DNA of 45,485 nt, taken from an uncultured Pseudomonadales bacterium (GTDB taxonomy: Bacteria > Patescibacteriota > Microgenomatia > UBA1400 > PJMF01). A model generated the notes under the pieces. The model was not told the DNA's origin, searched no databases, and saw nothing but the letters and a program-made list of their open reading frames with translations. The stretch covers positions 26,357-71,841 of the forward strand of contig CAYXBZ010000001.1 of the NCBI GenBank assembly GCA_964463605.1, in the 5' to 3' direction. Position numbers and translations under genes: made by a program. Positions 1-9,200 of the stretch are shown piece after piece (within the stretch, counting starts at the first letter, position 1; every line of letters begins with the position of its first letter).

Positions 1-85
1 TGCAGCGATAATAGACAATGTCCGTAAGCCTCAAAACAATTTGATTGCTCAAATAGCGTCATAGAAATTCGGCGGTGCTTTTTTG

Positions 86-1072
86 CTATTTCTTCAATCC
101 GCTCGGCCTCATTGGTGAGGGCGAGTGATCCGTTTTTTCTCTCTTTTGCTTTGATCTGTCAGGTTGATCGCTCTTTGTTTCTTTGGGCTTTGTCACACTT
201 GGTTGAGAAAAGATCGCGGTTGATTTGCTTGTCTGAATAGAATCGTCACTTTTCTCATTTTGTTGCGCTTGCCCCAACTCTCGAGCTCTCTCAACTTGAC
301 TACTCTTTCCAGAGCTAGCAGACTGCGAAAGTGATCCGCCAAATGCCCCCGCCTTTCTTCTGGCACCAGATCTCAACAAACTTGCAACCGCCTCGAAAGT
401 GTTGGCATCAGCTTTAAGATCAACAAAATTGTTGGTTTGATACTGAATTCCAGCCAAGAGATTAGTGGCCACCTCAGAAGACAAGGTGAGTTTGGCCTGC
501 TCCAGCAGCTTGAAAGTCGTCTCGCAATACGAGCTAAATCCCAAAACGTCCAAGTGGCTACTTTGAAAAGTTGGATGAGTCTCGTTCAAAGAGATGGTGT
601 TTGCACCCTGATACAACTCCTCGTAACCAAGATAAAGTTGATCAAGCTCGTCAAGATTCGTTACTCCAAATAACACGATCAAGTCGGCATCGGCTCCTGC
701 GTAATCTACTTGGAGTGAGTCTTTGTTAAGAGGATTCTGGCCTCTTTTTGGCTTAATGGTGAGATAAAATTTATTTGTTTCTTCATCGAGATGATAGCTC
801 ACGTTGTCAACAGCTTGCTCATTATAATCAAAGCCAATTACCAAGTTATTGGCGCCGATTTCCGTTTTGAGATAGTCCAACCCCGCGATGGTTGGATTAA
901 CCAACTTTTTCACACCCAGCAGTTGAGACTTCTTTCCCCCATCCAACAACGAGAGGTTGAGGCTGGCTGCTGCCAACTGTTGGTCAAAAGTGGGTTGATC
1001 AGGTAAGATGATCAAAACCACCTCAGATTGTTGCAAATAATTGGCTGATGGGGAAATATCTGATGGGTTCAT
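86..1072 (-). CDS. Degenerate DHH-fold (NrnA/RecJ-like phosphoesterase-like) protein with Lys/Ser-rich C-terminal tail
   Basis: 328-aa ORF with ATG at 1072. Segments VVLIILPDQPTFDQQLAAASL, DLIVLFGV, ISLNETHP, ATNLLAGIQYQTNNF and ANTFEAVASLLRSGA line up with DHH motifs I-IV of NrnA-type proteins. The canonical DxD / D / DHH acidic-His residues are substituted, and no DHHA1 (GGGH) domain follows, only a low-complexity tail. Confidence 0.45.
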   Translation of the reverse strand: MNPSDISPSANYLQQSEVVLIILPDQPTFDQQLAAASLNLSLLDGGKKSQLLGVKKLVNPTIAGLDYLKTEIGANNLVIGFDYNEQAVDNVSYHLDEETNKFYLTIKPKRGQNPLNKDSLQVDYAGADADLIVLFGVTNLDELDQLYLGYEELYQGANTISLNETHPTFQSSHLDVLGFSSYCETTFKLLEQAKLTLSSEVATNLLAGIQYQTNNFVDLKADANTFEAVASLLRSGARRKAGAFGGSLSQSASSGKSSQVERARELGQAQQNEKSDDSIQTSKSTAIFSQPSVTKPKETKSDQPDRSKQKREKTDHSPSPMRPSGLKK

Positions 1073-1194
1073 GGTGATTGTTTGGAGTCAAAAAAATTAA
1101 TAATGCTTTTTAGCTAGGCAGGGGCTCAAAGTAAGTCTATTCACATCAGTATAAACAAAACTATGTCAATTGAAAAGACAGAGTAAATGTAGAA

Positions 1195-1223
1195 TTGCAA
1201 AAGAACTAGAGAAATATTATAAA
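1195..1223 (+). promoter_or_regulatory. Candidate sigma70-like promoter for the VirB6-like gene
   Basis: TTGCAA (1195-1200), 17-nt spacer, TATAAA (1218-1223), about 45 nt upstream of the GTG at 1270. Identified by eye only. Confidence 0.3.
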
Positions 1224-1269
1224 AACCTCTCTTGATCTTGGCGAAAAAATAAATAGAATAAGAGTATCT

Positions 1270-3057
1270 GTGAAAAAAAAGAAGTCCTCTCAATTTTTTA
1301 GAATTGTTGCAGCAATAGTTGTGTTGTCGTTATTTTTTTTCTCTTTAACAAGCGGCTCGTCTGTATTGGCAGATGAAAAAGATCCCAACTACAGCTCTGG
1401 CGAAAAATCAAGAGCGGTTAAAGAATCACTCAACCTTACTCCCAAATCATACAGCGACTCCAGAGAGGAATTTGAGGAAGCGGTTATGTCAGGCGTAACC
1501 GAGGGAAAAACCAACCTGAAAAGCCAAACCAGCGTTATTGCTCAAACTTTACAAGAGCAAGTGGTAACTCAAATACTTGGACCTGTTAGTGACGATTCAG
1601 ACACAGGAGCTTACTTTGGTCCCGGGGCAGCAGTTTTGGTTGCTAACTTGATTGATGGTATGTACGACGCTCCTGCTGCATCCACTGACAGATATGTCGC
1701 CCACCTGCTTGAGTCAGCCAAAATCATACCCACCGCCCAAGCTCAAGGAATTGGCTTCTCCTCCCTGGATCCGGTGATGACGCTGTGGTCGGCAATGCGC
1801 AATGTGGCCTACTTCTTTTTTGTGATAATCGTATTGGTCATAGGTTTTATGATCATGTTTAGGCACAAAATTGACGGTCAGACCGTGATTTCTGTACAAC
1901 AAGCCATCCCCAATATTATTGTGGCCATGATTTTTGTCACTTTTTCTTATGCAATTGGCGGCTTGCTGATCGACGCCATGTATCTGATGCTCTTTTTTAT
2001 AGTTGGAATTTTTGGAGCAAGTGAGGGATTAATCACAAATAATATTTTTGGTATCGGAGCTGATTTTATTAGCCGAGGCTTTAGAACCACTAACGAAGCC
2101 GTCTTGGCAATACTAAATGTTCAGCAAAGAAGCAGTCTAGGATCATTTTTAGTTGAGGGGCTGAGCGGATTAACGGTTGGTCTTGCGGTGGCAATTGCGC
2201 TCCTGTTTGGAATTGTGAAGCTATTTATTGAACTTCTCAAAAGCTACATCAGTATTATTTTGCTGATCGCCTTTTCCCCCATTATTTTAATGACGGGAGC
2301 AATTCCCGGCCAAAACTCATTTGGGTCATGGATAAAAAATCTTGTTGGTAATCTCGTTGCCTTTCCAGTTGTGTTGCTAATACTAGTAACCGCCGACACC
2401 ATTGCAAATTCTGCAGGCGAAGCCGGTGGATTTGTGCCACCATTTTTATTGGGTCACGGATTAGGTCGAGGATCGGCCATGACAGCCCTGGTGGGTTTGG
2501 GAATGCTTCTGGCAACACCAGAGATAATTAAGAAGGCAAAAGAGGCCATGGGAGCCAAAGAAGGAGTAATGGGTGAGCTGGCTGGGGCCGCGTGGGGAAG
2601 GTTTAAGGAGGGAGCCAGCGCGGGAAAGAAGGGTGCAATGATGCCAGTAGATGGTGCTTTAAGAGGAGCAAATGCTCTCATAGGTGGAGGCATCGCTGCC
2701 AAGGGAATGAGTGAGAGGTTGAGAGATCAGCCAAGTGGTATTAGAAAGCTGGGCACTGTAGCTGGAGGTCTAGTGGGTGGTGTATCGGGAGGAATTACCA
2801 AAGCACCAACTAAAACCGCAATGAGGCTTCTAAGCGGAGAGTCAGAGTTAGCTCAGAGGTTGATAGCAACAGAGGGTTTGGATTTTATTAGAAGAATCTT
2901 TTCAGGCATCGGTTCTAAGGCGGCTGCTGGAGGAGATTCCAAACTACAAGCAGCTGCTAACGAACCGGTAAGGGTAAAAGCATCGGACAAAGATAGACTA
3001 ACACGCAAAAACCTGAAAGAAGACAAATCAACGCCACGAGATCAAGGAGTGTTCTAG
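1270..3057 (+). CDS. Polytopic membrane protein, VirB6/TrbL-like T4SS channel subunit candidate
   Basis: 595-aa ORF with a GTG start. It has a Lys-rich N-terminus plus hydrophobic signal/anchor (FFRIVAAIVVLSLFFFSLTSGSSVLA), about 7 further hydrophobic helices, and a Gly/Ala/Lys-rich C-terminal tail. Size, topology and its position in a PrgI/VirB4 locus fit VirB6/TrbL. There is no motif-level proof. Confidence 0.5.
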   Translation: MKKKKSSQFFRIVAAIVVLSLFFFSLTSGSSVLADEKDPNYSSGEKSRAVKESLNLTPKSYSDSREEFEEAVMSGVTEGKTNLKSQTSVIAQTLQEQVVTQILGPVSDDSDTGAYFGPGAAVLVANLIDGMYDAPAASTDRYVAHLLESAKIIPTAQAQGIGFSSLDPVMTLWSAMRNVAYFFFVIIVLVIGFMIMFRHKIDGQTVISVQQAIPNIIVAMIFVTFSYAIGGLLIDAMYLMLFFIVGIFGASEGLITNNIFGIGADFISRGFRTTNEAVLAILNVQQRSSLGSFLVEGLSGLTVGLAVAIALLFGIVKLFIELLKSYISIILLIAFSPIILMTGAIPGQNSFGSWIKNLVGNLVAFPVVLLILVTADTIANSAGEAGGFVPPFLLGHGLGRGSAMTALVGLGMLLATPEIIKKAKEAMGAKEGVMGELAGAAWGRFKEGASAGKKGAMMPVDGALRGANALIGGGIAAKGMSERLRDQPSGIRKLGTVAGGLVGGVSGGITKAPTKTAMRLLSGESELAQRLIATEGLDFIRRIFSGIGSKAAAGGDSKLQAAANEPVRVKASDKDRLTRKNLKEDKSTPRDQGVF

Positions 3058-3120
3058 AAACAAGCCAACCAAGATGGGTGTGATAAGATTTAGTATATAG
3101 CGCTTAAAAAGCAGTTTGTA

Positions 3121-6042
3121 CTACCTCGCACCTTTCCCGGCAGCGATTATTGTCTCCTCCGCCACTTCCGCCATCTTCTTAAGCACCATCCAAAGCTGCT
3201 CTCTTACTATTGTTTGTCTTAAAAAGTTCTCATCCTCCGGAGATAGAAATTGCTCATTTGTACCAACCTCTGTTCCGGAAATTTCTGGACTGATTGATAT
3301 TTCTGCTAATTCGTGCAAAATATCAGTAGCTGTGCGAGAGTCGACCATATCCTTGGCCATTGCATAGCCTAAGGCGTGCCCAATAAACATGACTCGAAAC
3401 TTTCTCATTGCAACAACCCTCTGTTCTTTAGTAGCACTCCTATTGGAGAGGAAAAAAGGCCAACAATACCCAATGTCTTTTATAAAGTTCCTTACAAATT
3501 CATTACGAGTCTTATCCTGAGAAAGCTGGCCAACCAAAGAATCAACACTCATATAAAGAGTGTTTAAAACAAAATTGCCAATGTCAGACCCAAGTGCTTT
3601 GCAGTAACTCTCCCATGCATTTGTCTGTTTAAGCTCCAGCATGCGATTGAACAAACCCTCATAATAAACCTGTTGACCAAAATCTTCGTGCCTATAGTCA
3701 ATAAAAACGTAGTCCATCCCTGTCATAGTTCTACCATTACTAAACTTGCCTACCTCCAAGTAGTCAAGAAATGTTGGAAAAAGCGGAGAATAAGTTGAAT
3801 AGCACTCGCCCTGATGCTCTACTGGTTCTTTTATTGGTGTTTGGTAAGACAATCCATAGGGAAACCACACGTCGTAGTTATTTCTCCCCACAAGCTTTCT
3901 ACCCGCAGCATCCACGGCAACGTTTCCACGTGAGTCCAAACTCCCCCCAGAACCTTCTGTTGTGTATTTGGAAGGAATAATCTCCCTTATTTCTGATCTC
4001 CAATTAATCGTACGCGGATCCTCTAAGCTATTTCCCTCAACATCTCTAAATTCACTTAAAATCATTGGAAGAGCTGGGACTCCAGTAAACTGAGCTTTTC
4101 TAACATAGTTTCTTTGGTAATTGTGAAGTTTGAATACTTTTTGCCAGTCGCTCGAAATGCCCTGACCCTCAATTGGGTCTAACCAGCTTTGACCTTGAAT
4201 AATCGCAAACCACATATTCACCCCCACCCGAATGGCTTGGGGAGTTACGTCTTGAAACTCTGGTTCCTCTGATATAGCCTCAATTGCCTGTCCCATGCTA
4301 TTATGAATATTCCTAGCACTAAGAATAGCCATGTCTCCGCTAGCTTCCGTTCTTATTTCAAGTGGTTGCTGTTTTCCGATCGCTCGGTCCATCCTTCTCA
4401 TCACATCACCCACAGCTGAAACTACAAGATCTACATCCATATCAACCTCACCAGTTCGAGCGCTTATTAATCTAGCGCGTCGTCTTTTAAGTGGTCCATT
4501 TAGTTCGGGAGAGCTGAATAAAATTTTGTGAATATTCCCAACATCGCATAGTGCTGGTAAGTCATCCCATGGAAAATCTTTAAACTTTGCTGCCGATCTC
4601 CTCATAACCTCCTTTGCCTTTAAATAGAAGCGGGCGGCACTGAGCCTAGCGCTTACCTCAGTCTTGATTCTACTGTGGTATGCTGCGTCATCCGTCCACT
4701 CCCCCAACTCCTCCCAATAGCCATCGTTTCCGATTTCAGCTATAAATTCTTCCGCTGGATGTCCGCTCAACCCCTCATCCTCGTACTGAATAAGCGTCTG
4801 CATAATTCTTTTGATCTTTGTTTCATATTCTGAGGCAAGATCCTCCCTACTTCTCCCATCTCGTTCTTCTTTTAGCTTCTTAACTGATTTACCCGCTATC
4901 AAATCCCTTCTTTCTTGAATTAGTTTGTCTCTAAAGTTCTTAAGTTCTCGCAACGCCTCCTCAAATTCCTTTATCTGAAAGTTGTTCCACACCATTGAGT
5001 TAGTTGCTGTGTGCAAGTTAAGCTCTGCTTCTTTAAATAGGCTGTTAGCTTGAAAAATTAATTGTAGAAGGTAAGTAATTAACTCTTGCTCCCCCTCAAC
5101 GAAGATTTCATCTTTTAAGTCAAAATCGTCTCCAAGCTGCTTGAGTTTAAATTTAAGCAACCTCAGAGATTCGTGGAAGTCTCGATTATCTGGTGACGCT
5201 CTTTCTGCCTCCTTACCATCGCGCCCATCATCTCCATTATCATCTCCGCCATCAGTAACTGCTTCGCCAGTCGCCCCCCCTGAGTCAGCCTCTGCGCCCT
5301 CGCCCCCCCTCACTTTATCTGAGGGCTCCAATTGTTCCGAATCATTCTCACCCACCTTTTCTTTAGACCTGCTCAAGACACCCTCAGCCTTTTTAAGAAA
5401 GTTTTTTGTAGCTTCTAGCCGCCTGCTCAAATCGTGAGCTTTGTGCAAACTCTCCGCATCTCGCCTGAGCGCCTCTCTGTTTCTTATTACAAAACCCCTC
5501 AACATTTCCGTGATCTTGTCCACACGCTCCATGTCTAAAGCAAGGGCTTTTCTAGACATAGGCAAATCAGAGTCGGGTGAATAGAGTTCTTCCAAAGAGG
5601 AAAACAGGACTTCAATGCTGTCTAAGGTTAATTCTTGGTGCTGAGCATCTTCATTGGGATTGTCCTTCTCAACTCTTTTTGATTGAGAGGTGGACTCAAG
5701 ATGAGCGTTTAACTTGTTGACAAGCTCTCTCAATTTTGTCGCTGAAGATAAGATGCGTTTTTGAGCCCGTGTTGTTTCGGGAGAATCTTCGCCTGAGGTA
5801 TTCAGCTCCCTCGCAAATTGCAATAAATCATCCCTGAGAGAATTGAGATCCTCTAGGTCTGACTCCAGTTGAGTTCGGGGCATGTCCATCCCAGACAAAG
5901 AGCTAAGATCTTTATACTTGTCCTGCAGCGACCTGAGCCTGTCAATAGTGTCTTGAAGATTGTTCTGACCAACACCCTCAGTTTCATCCCTATTAGCTAT
6001 TGGCTCGGCAGGACCCTCTCCTGGATTTATAAACTCTGCCAT
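3121..6042 (-). CDS. Large soluble hypothetical protein (~973 aa) with coiled-coil/acidic N-terminal half and no recognisable domain
   Basis: Uninterrupted ORF. The track start at 6174 is a TTG. I prefer the first ATG at 6042 (MAEFINPGEG...) because the 44 upstream codons are hydrophobic/aromatic junk-like. No hydrophobic helices and no signal peptide. An acidic Gly/Asp stretch (GGDDNGDDGRDG) is present. It lies antisense to the flanking T4SS-like genes. Confidence 0.6.
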   Translation of the reverse strand: MAEFINPGEGPAEPIANRDETEGVGQNNLQDTIDRLRSLQDKYKDLSSLSGMDMPRTQLESDLEDLNSLRDDLLQFARELNTSGEDSPETTRAQKRILSSATKLRELVNKLNAHLESTSQSKRVEKDNPNEDAQHQELTLDSIEVLFSSLEELYSPDSDLPMSRKALALDMERVDKITEMLRGFVIRNREALRRDAESLHKAHDLSRRLEATKNFLKKAEGVLSRSKEKVGENDSEQLEPSDKVRGGEGAEADSGGATGEAVTDGGDDNGDDGRDGKEAERASPDNRDFHESLRLLKFKLKQLGDDFDLKDEIFVEGEQELITYLLQLIFQANSLFKEAELNLHTATNSMVWNNFQIKEFEEALRELKNFRDKLIQERRDLIAGKSVKKLKEERDGRSREDLASEYETKIKRIMQTLIQYEDEGLSGHPAEEFIAEIGNDGYWEELGEWTDDAAYHSRIKTEVSARLSAARFYLKAKEVMRRSAAKFKDFPWDDLPALCDVGNIHKILFSSPELNGPLKRRRARLISARTGEVDMDVDLVVSAVGDVMRRMDRAIGKQQPLEIRTEASGDMAILSARNIHNSMGQAIEAISEEPEFQDVTPQAIRVGVNMWFAIIQGQSWLDPIEGQGISSDWQKVFKLHNYQRNYVRKAQFTGVPALPMILSEFRDVEGNSLEDPRTINWRSEIREIIPSKYTTEGSGGSLDSRGNVAVDAAGRKLVGRNNYDVWFPYGLSYQTPIKEPVEHQGECYSTYSPLFPTFLDYLEVGKFSNGRTMTGMDYVFIDYRHEDFGQQVYYEGLFNRMLELKQTNAWESYCKALGSDIGNFVLNTLYMSVDSLVGQLSQDKTRNEFVRNFIKDIGYCWPFFLSNRSATKEQRVVAMRKFRVMFIGHALGYAMAKDMVDSRTATDILHELAEISISPEISGTEVGTNEQFLSPEDENFLRQTIVREQLWMVLKKMAEVAEETIIAAGKGAR

Positions 6043-6264
6043 AATATGCTTTATTATAATCCAAAAAGCGACAAATGTCTTGAGCTTGAATTGACTCCTG
6101 TGACCCAATGAAAGCCAATCATCTGCCGATATCTCTTTCGCGCCCCAAAACCAAGTGCTAGAGTTCGCTTGCAAACTTGGGTCAAGAACACGCGGAGTTT
6201 AAAACCCTCCAACCACTACTCACTGTAGTAAAAAAAGACCAAGTAGTCCCCTCCTTTTTTCCGC

Positions 6265-6270
6265 TATAAT
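6265..6270 (+). promoter_or_regulatory. -10 element (TATAAT) 6 nt upstream of the ATG at 6277, suggesting a leaderless transcript
   Basis: Perfect TATAAT at 6265-6270, then AGCCTT, then ATG. No Shine-Dalgarno and no convincing -35. Confidence 0.35.
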
Positions 6271-6276
6271 AGCCTT

Positions 6277-9200
6277 ATGGCAAATCTTGGCTCTTCGCCC
6301 CGTACCCTCAAGGTCCTGGATCGCTCTACCCTAATTAGAGATAATCCTCTTAGCAGCATCCAGGCTCTCCTTGAGCAAATTGCCAGCCACAACTTTGATA
6401 ACAAACAGCAACGCTTTCCAGGACAACACATCTGGAGTCCGTCTAACCAAAATCAGTTTGTGGTTGCGCTTTCTGAAGACATTATTTTAGACCACTATGA
6501 AGCTGGCGCCCCTGTGTTTAACGAGGTTTTATTCGTCAGCGATTTCTTCTCAATCCTCAATGACATTGACGACTATCTGCAAGATGAATTGAAGCGTGCA
6601 GTCAGAGCCATTGACGCCAATGTTGAGGATGCAAATCTCAAGAATGCTGCTAAGGATGAGCTTGGGGTAGTTTTAACAAATCTGGAAAAGCTTACCTCCG
6701 GCAACAGAGCTAGGGTTAATCGCTGGCAAAACGGCATCATTGATTCAGCAAGAGAAATTAGGCTTTTTAAGTCTATTGAGAAGCAGCAGTTCCAACCCAT
6801 TGTTTCTCTGGCGCAGTCGCTGGCCGGAGTTGTTCAAGAGTTTGGTGGCTGGCTAAGCAAATATTCCAATGTTATTGATTATGAATCCCAGCTAGAGGGG
6901 AGTCAGGAAGATGATCAAACAAAACCACCTCTAACTCAAACCTCAACCTCACCAGCGACAGCTCCCGAGCTAGAGAGAGTCGATCCAGACCAAGGCGAGT
7001 TAGAGCAAGAACAAACCCAGCCCAAACCCGATCCAACCCCACCGCCCAATCCCTCTGAATTCAATTCTGCTCTAGCTAATTTTTCACAATCTTTCTCACA
7101 AGTAGTCCTAAACAATCTTCTGGCAGCCTACACTCTTGATGAAGATAGTAACGCCCTGGCAGGGTTTGCTGATTTATCGCCCGAACTGCAGAACGAATTA
7201 AGAAGACAGCTAGCCCCGCAAATCGAGAATATCATTCTTTCACTTAGTCAAAGCGAGCTTGAGGCACTGCTTCACGGGGGCCCAGACTCGTCTGCAGTTA
7301 GACTTAAAGTCTTTAGAAAAGCTCACAGTTTTGCTATTGGCTATCCACCGCTAAGATTGTTGCTTCAGCAGGCGATTAATGAGTCTCATGCCTCGCTTAG
7401 TCAAAACCAGCCAGACAAAAAAGACAAGTTGGCAGAAAAAGTTAAAGAAACAAGTCATGAAGAGGCTCAAAAGAATCTGGGGGTGATCGCCTCAGACGAC
7501 GCTCCAGGCTTCGACCAAGGTCAGACAAATAATCTCAAGGCTCTTCTTTCTTTTTCATCGCTGTCACCAGAACAAGTTCGCCAGGAGTTTAGATTACAAC
7601 TTGAGCAGTTAGTTGGCAGTCAGGCTGACTCCACTGCTTTGGGTTTGGCTCAAACTAACTTTGAGTCAACCATCACCAGCCTGATCATTTCGGATCCCAT
7701 TCTTACCCCCAAATTCATTGATTACCTTGACTATCCAAAGATTAGAGCCTTTCTTGGAGATATCATTTCAAGCCAAACTTACCAAGAACACAAAAACGAA
7801 ATTCACGCCCTTTTAAAACAGTATTGGATGGTACTAAGAGCCGAGCTCAATCAGACTCACCCTGCTTTAGGAAATCTGACGGAACTGTCTCCACACCAGG
7901 TTAGGTTAAATGATGAGGAAGTTAACGATCGAATGCATCGAGCTTCCCTAATAAGAACCGAAGTTGTTGGTAGATTTGATCAAAACAAGGCAGATGTTAT
8001 TAAGGCAGCTGTTGGCGAAGGGGTAGGCAGTCCCGAAAATGCAGAGGGGGCCGATCATACCAAACGCCTAAAAGAACACTTTCTCAAAACCACCGACGTA
8101 GCGCAACGCCGCAGATATTTAGAAACGGTGGGACTTGGTGAAATGGTTGGTGGCCTTGACAAAAAAACCGACGGTTCAGACACAGTTAGACAGGAATACG
8201 AGCTTTCGATTAACGAGTTTAATCGTATCTTGCAGGAAACTCAGCAAGAGTTTGATTATTTTTTGTTTGTTGAACAAGAGCTTAGGTTTCAACAGCAACA
8301 AGCGGTTCAAACTTACATCATTGCCCAAGCAGCCCAGCAAGCAGCCAGACAGCAGTTTGCCGCTATCGCCCTCCAGGCTCAATACCTAGAAATATTGGGA
8401 GGTTCGCATTTTCTTGTTCCTAGAGAAGAGTATGCCTACCAACTTCCTGGACGAGACAGCCTAACTCAAATTCCCTACTACCCACAGTCAACCAGTGACA
8501 TGATTGCGATGTCTCAAGGCCTGGGAGACGGGGGTGGTGGAGATAATCCAAGAGGTGCAATCGATCAGCAAAAAATGGCCATGTTGGAAGGTTTGGCAGA
8601 AATGGGAGTCGATGCCGCTCTTAATTATGCCACTGGAGGTGGATACCAGGCCATTCCCAAACCGCTGCGGGACATGCTCAATAAAATTGTTGTTAAAGAG
8701 TCCCTTAAAAAAATTAGAACAATACTTAAGGCTCTAAAGATAGCGGCGGCGGCGGCCATGGCAGTGTTGGCAGCGCTAGTTAAGCTCGCCCATACCGCAA
8801 TAACTGCAGGAGGAGCTCTGGGCGGAGCCTTAGTAGGAGGTGGAGTTGGGTTTGTAATAGGTGGTCCAATCGGCGGCCTAATCGGAACAGCTCTGGGTGG
8901 CCTTGCCGGCTTGTTTGGTGGAAAAGGAGCCGCAAACAGAGTTCTCTCCACTACCGCAGCTGACTCGGCCCGAGCGGGAGCCAGAAATGTGAGTGCTGCC
9001 GCTGAAGGATTGGGTGATGCAGCCAAACAACAAGCCTCCTTAACCGGCACCGGCGCTGAGGCAGCCGCACTTGAATCAACCGTTGGAGCTAATGTTGCTG
9101 CCCAGGTAGCCGGATATGCTGTGGCTGGCATGGGTGCTATGGCTGCCACCACATTATTGGTAATGACCGCATTTCAGTCAGCTTTTTTGATAGATCCTCC

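Noticed and set aside
1-62. Possible start of a minus-strand gene running off the left edge (ATG at 62-60, MTLFEQSNCFEAYGHCLLSL...)
   Set aside because: Only 20 codons are visible and there is no recognisable motif. That is too short to support a call.
1273-1280. A8 homopolymer at codons 2-4 of the VirB6-like gene (also A7 at 8161-8167 inside the M23 giant) as slipped-strand phase-variation switches
   Set aside because: Lys-rich N-termini and poly-A/T runs are frequent throughout this AT-rich window, so nothing singles these tracts out. Read-level length heterogeneity would be needed.
6043-6174. 44-codon N-terminal extension of the large minus-strand ORF from a TTG start. Similar alternative-start extensions occur at 16341 (dnaA), 19850 (rnpA), 21432 (jag), 26073 (rplY), 29648 (valS), 29812 (hmgA), 41210 (sigma), 42376 (recF) and 44633 (nnrD).
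   Set aside because: In each case an in-frame ATG further in gives an N-terminus that matches the family or abuts the upstream stop. The extensions are hydrophobic or low-complexity read-through of promoter DNA.
8625-9152. 175-aa minus-strand ORF, Pro/Ala-rich
   Set aside because: It lies entirely inside the 1296-aa plus-strand ORF and is the antisense shadow of its Gly/Ala-rich (GGN/GCN) membrane block. It is low complexity with no independent start signals.
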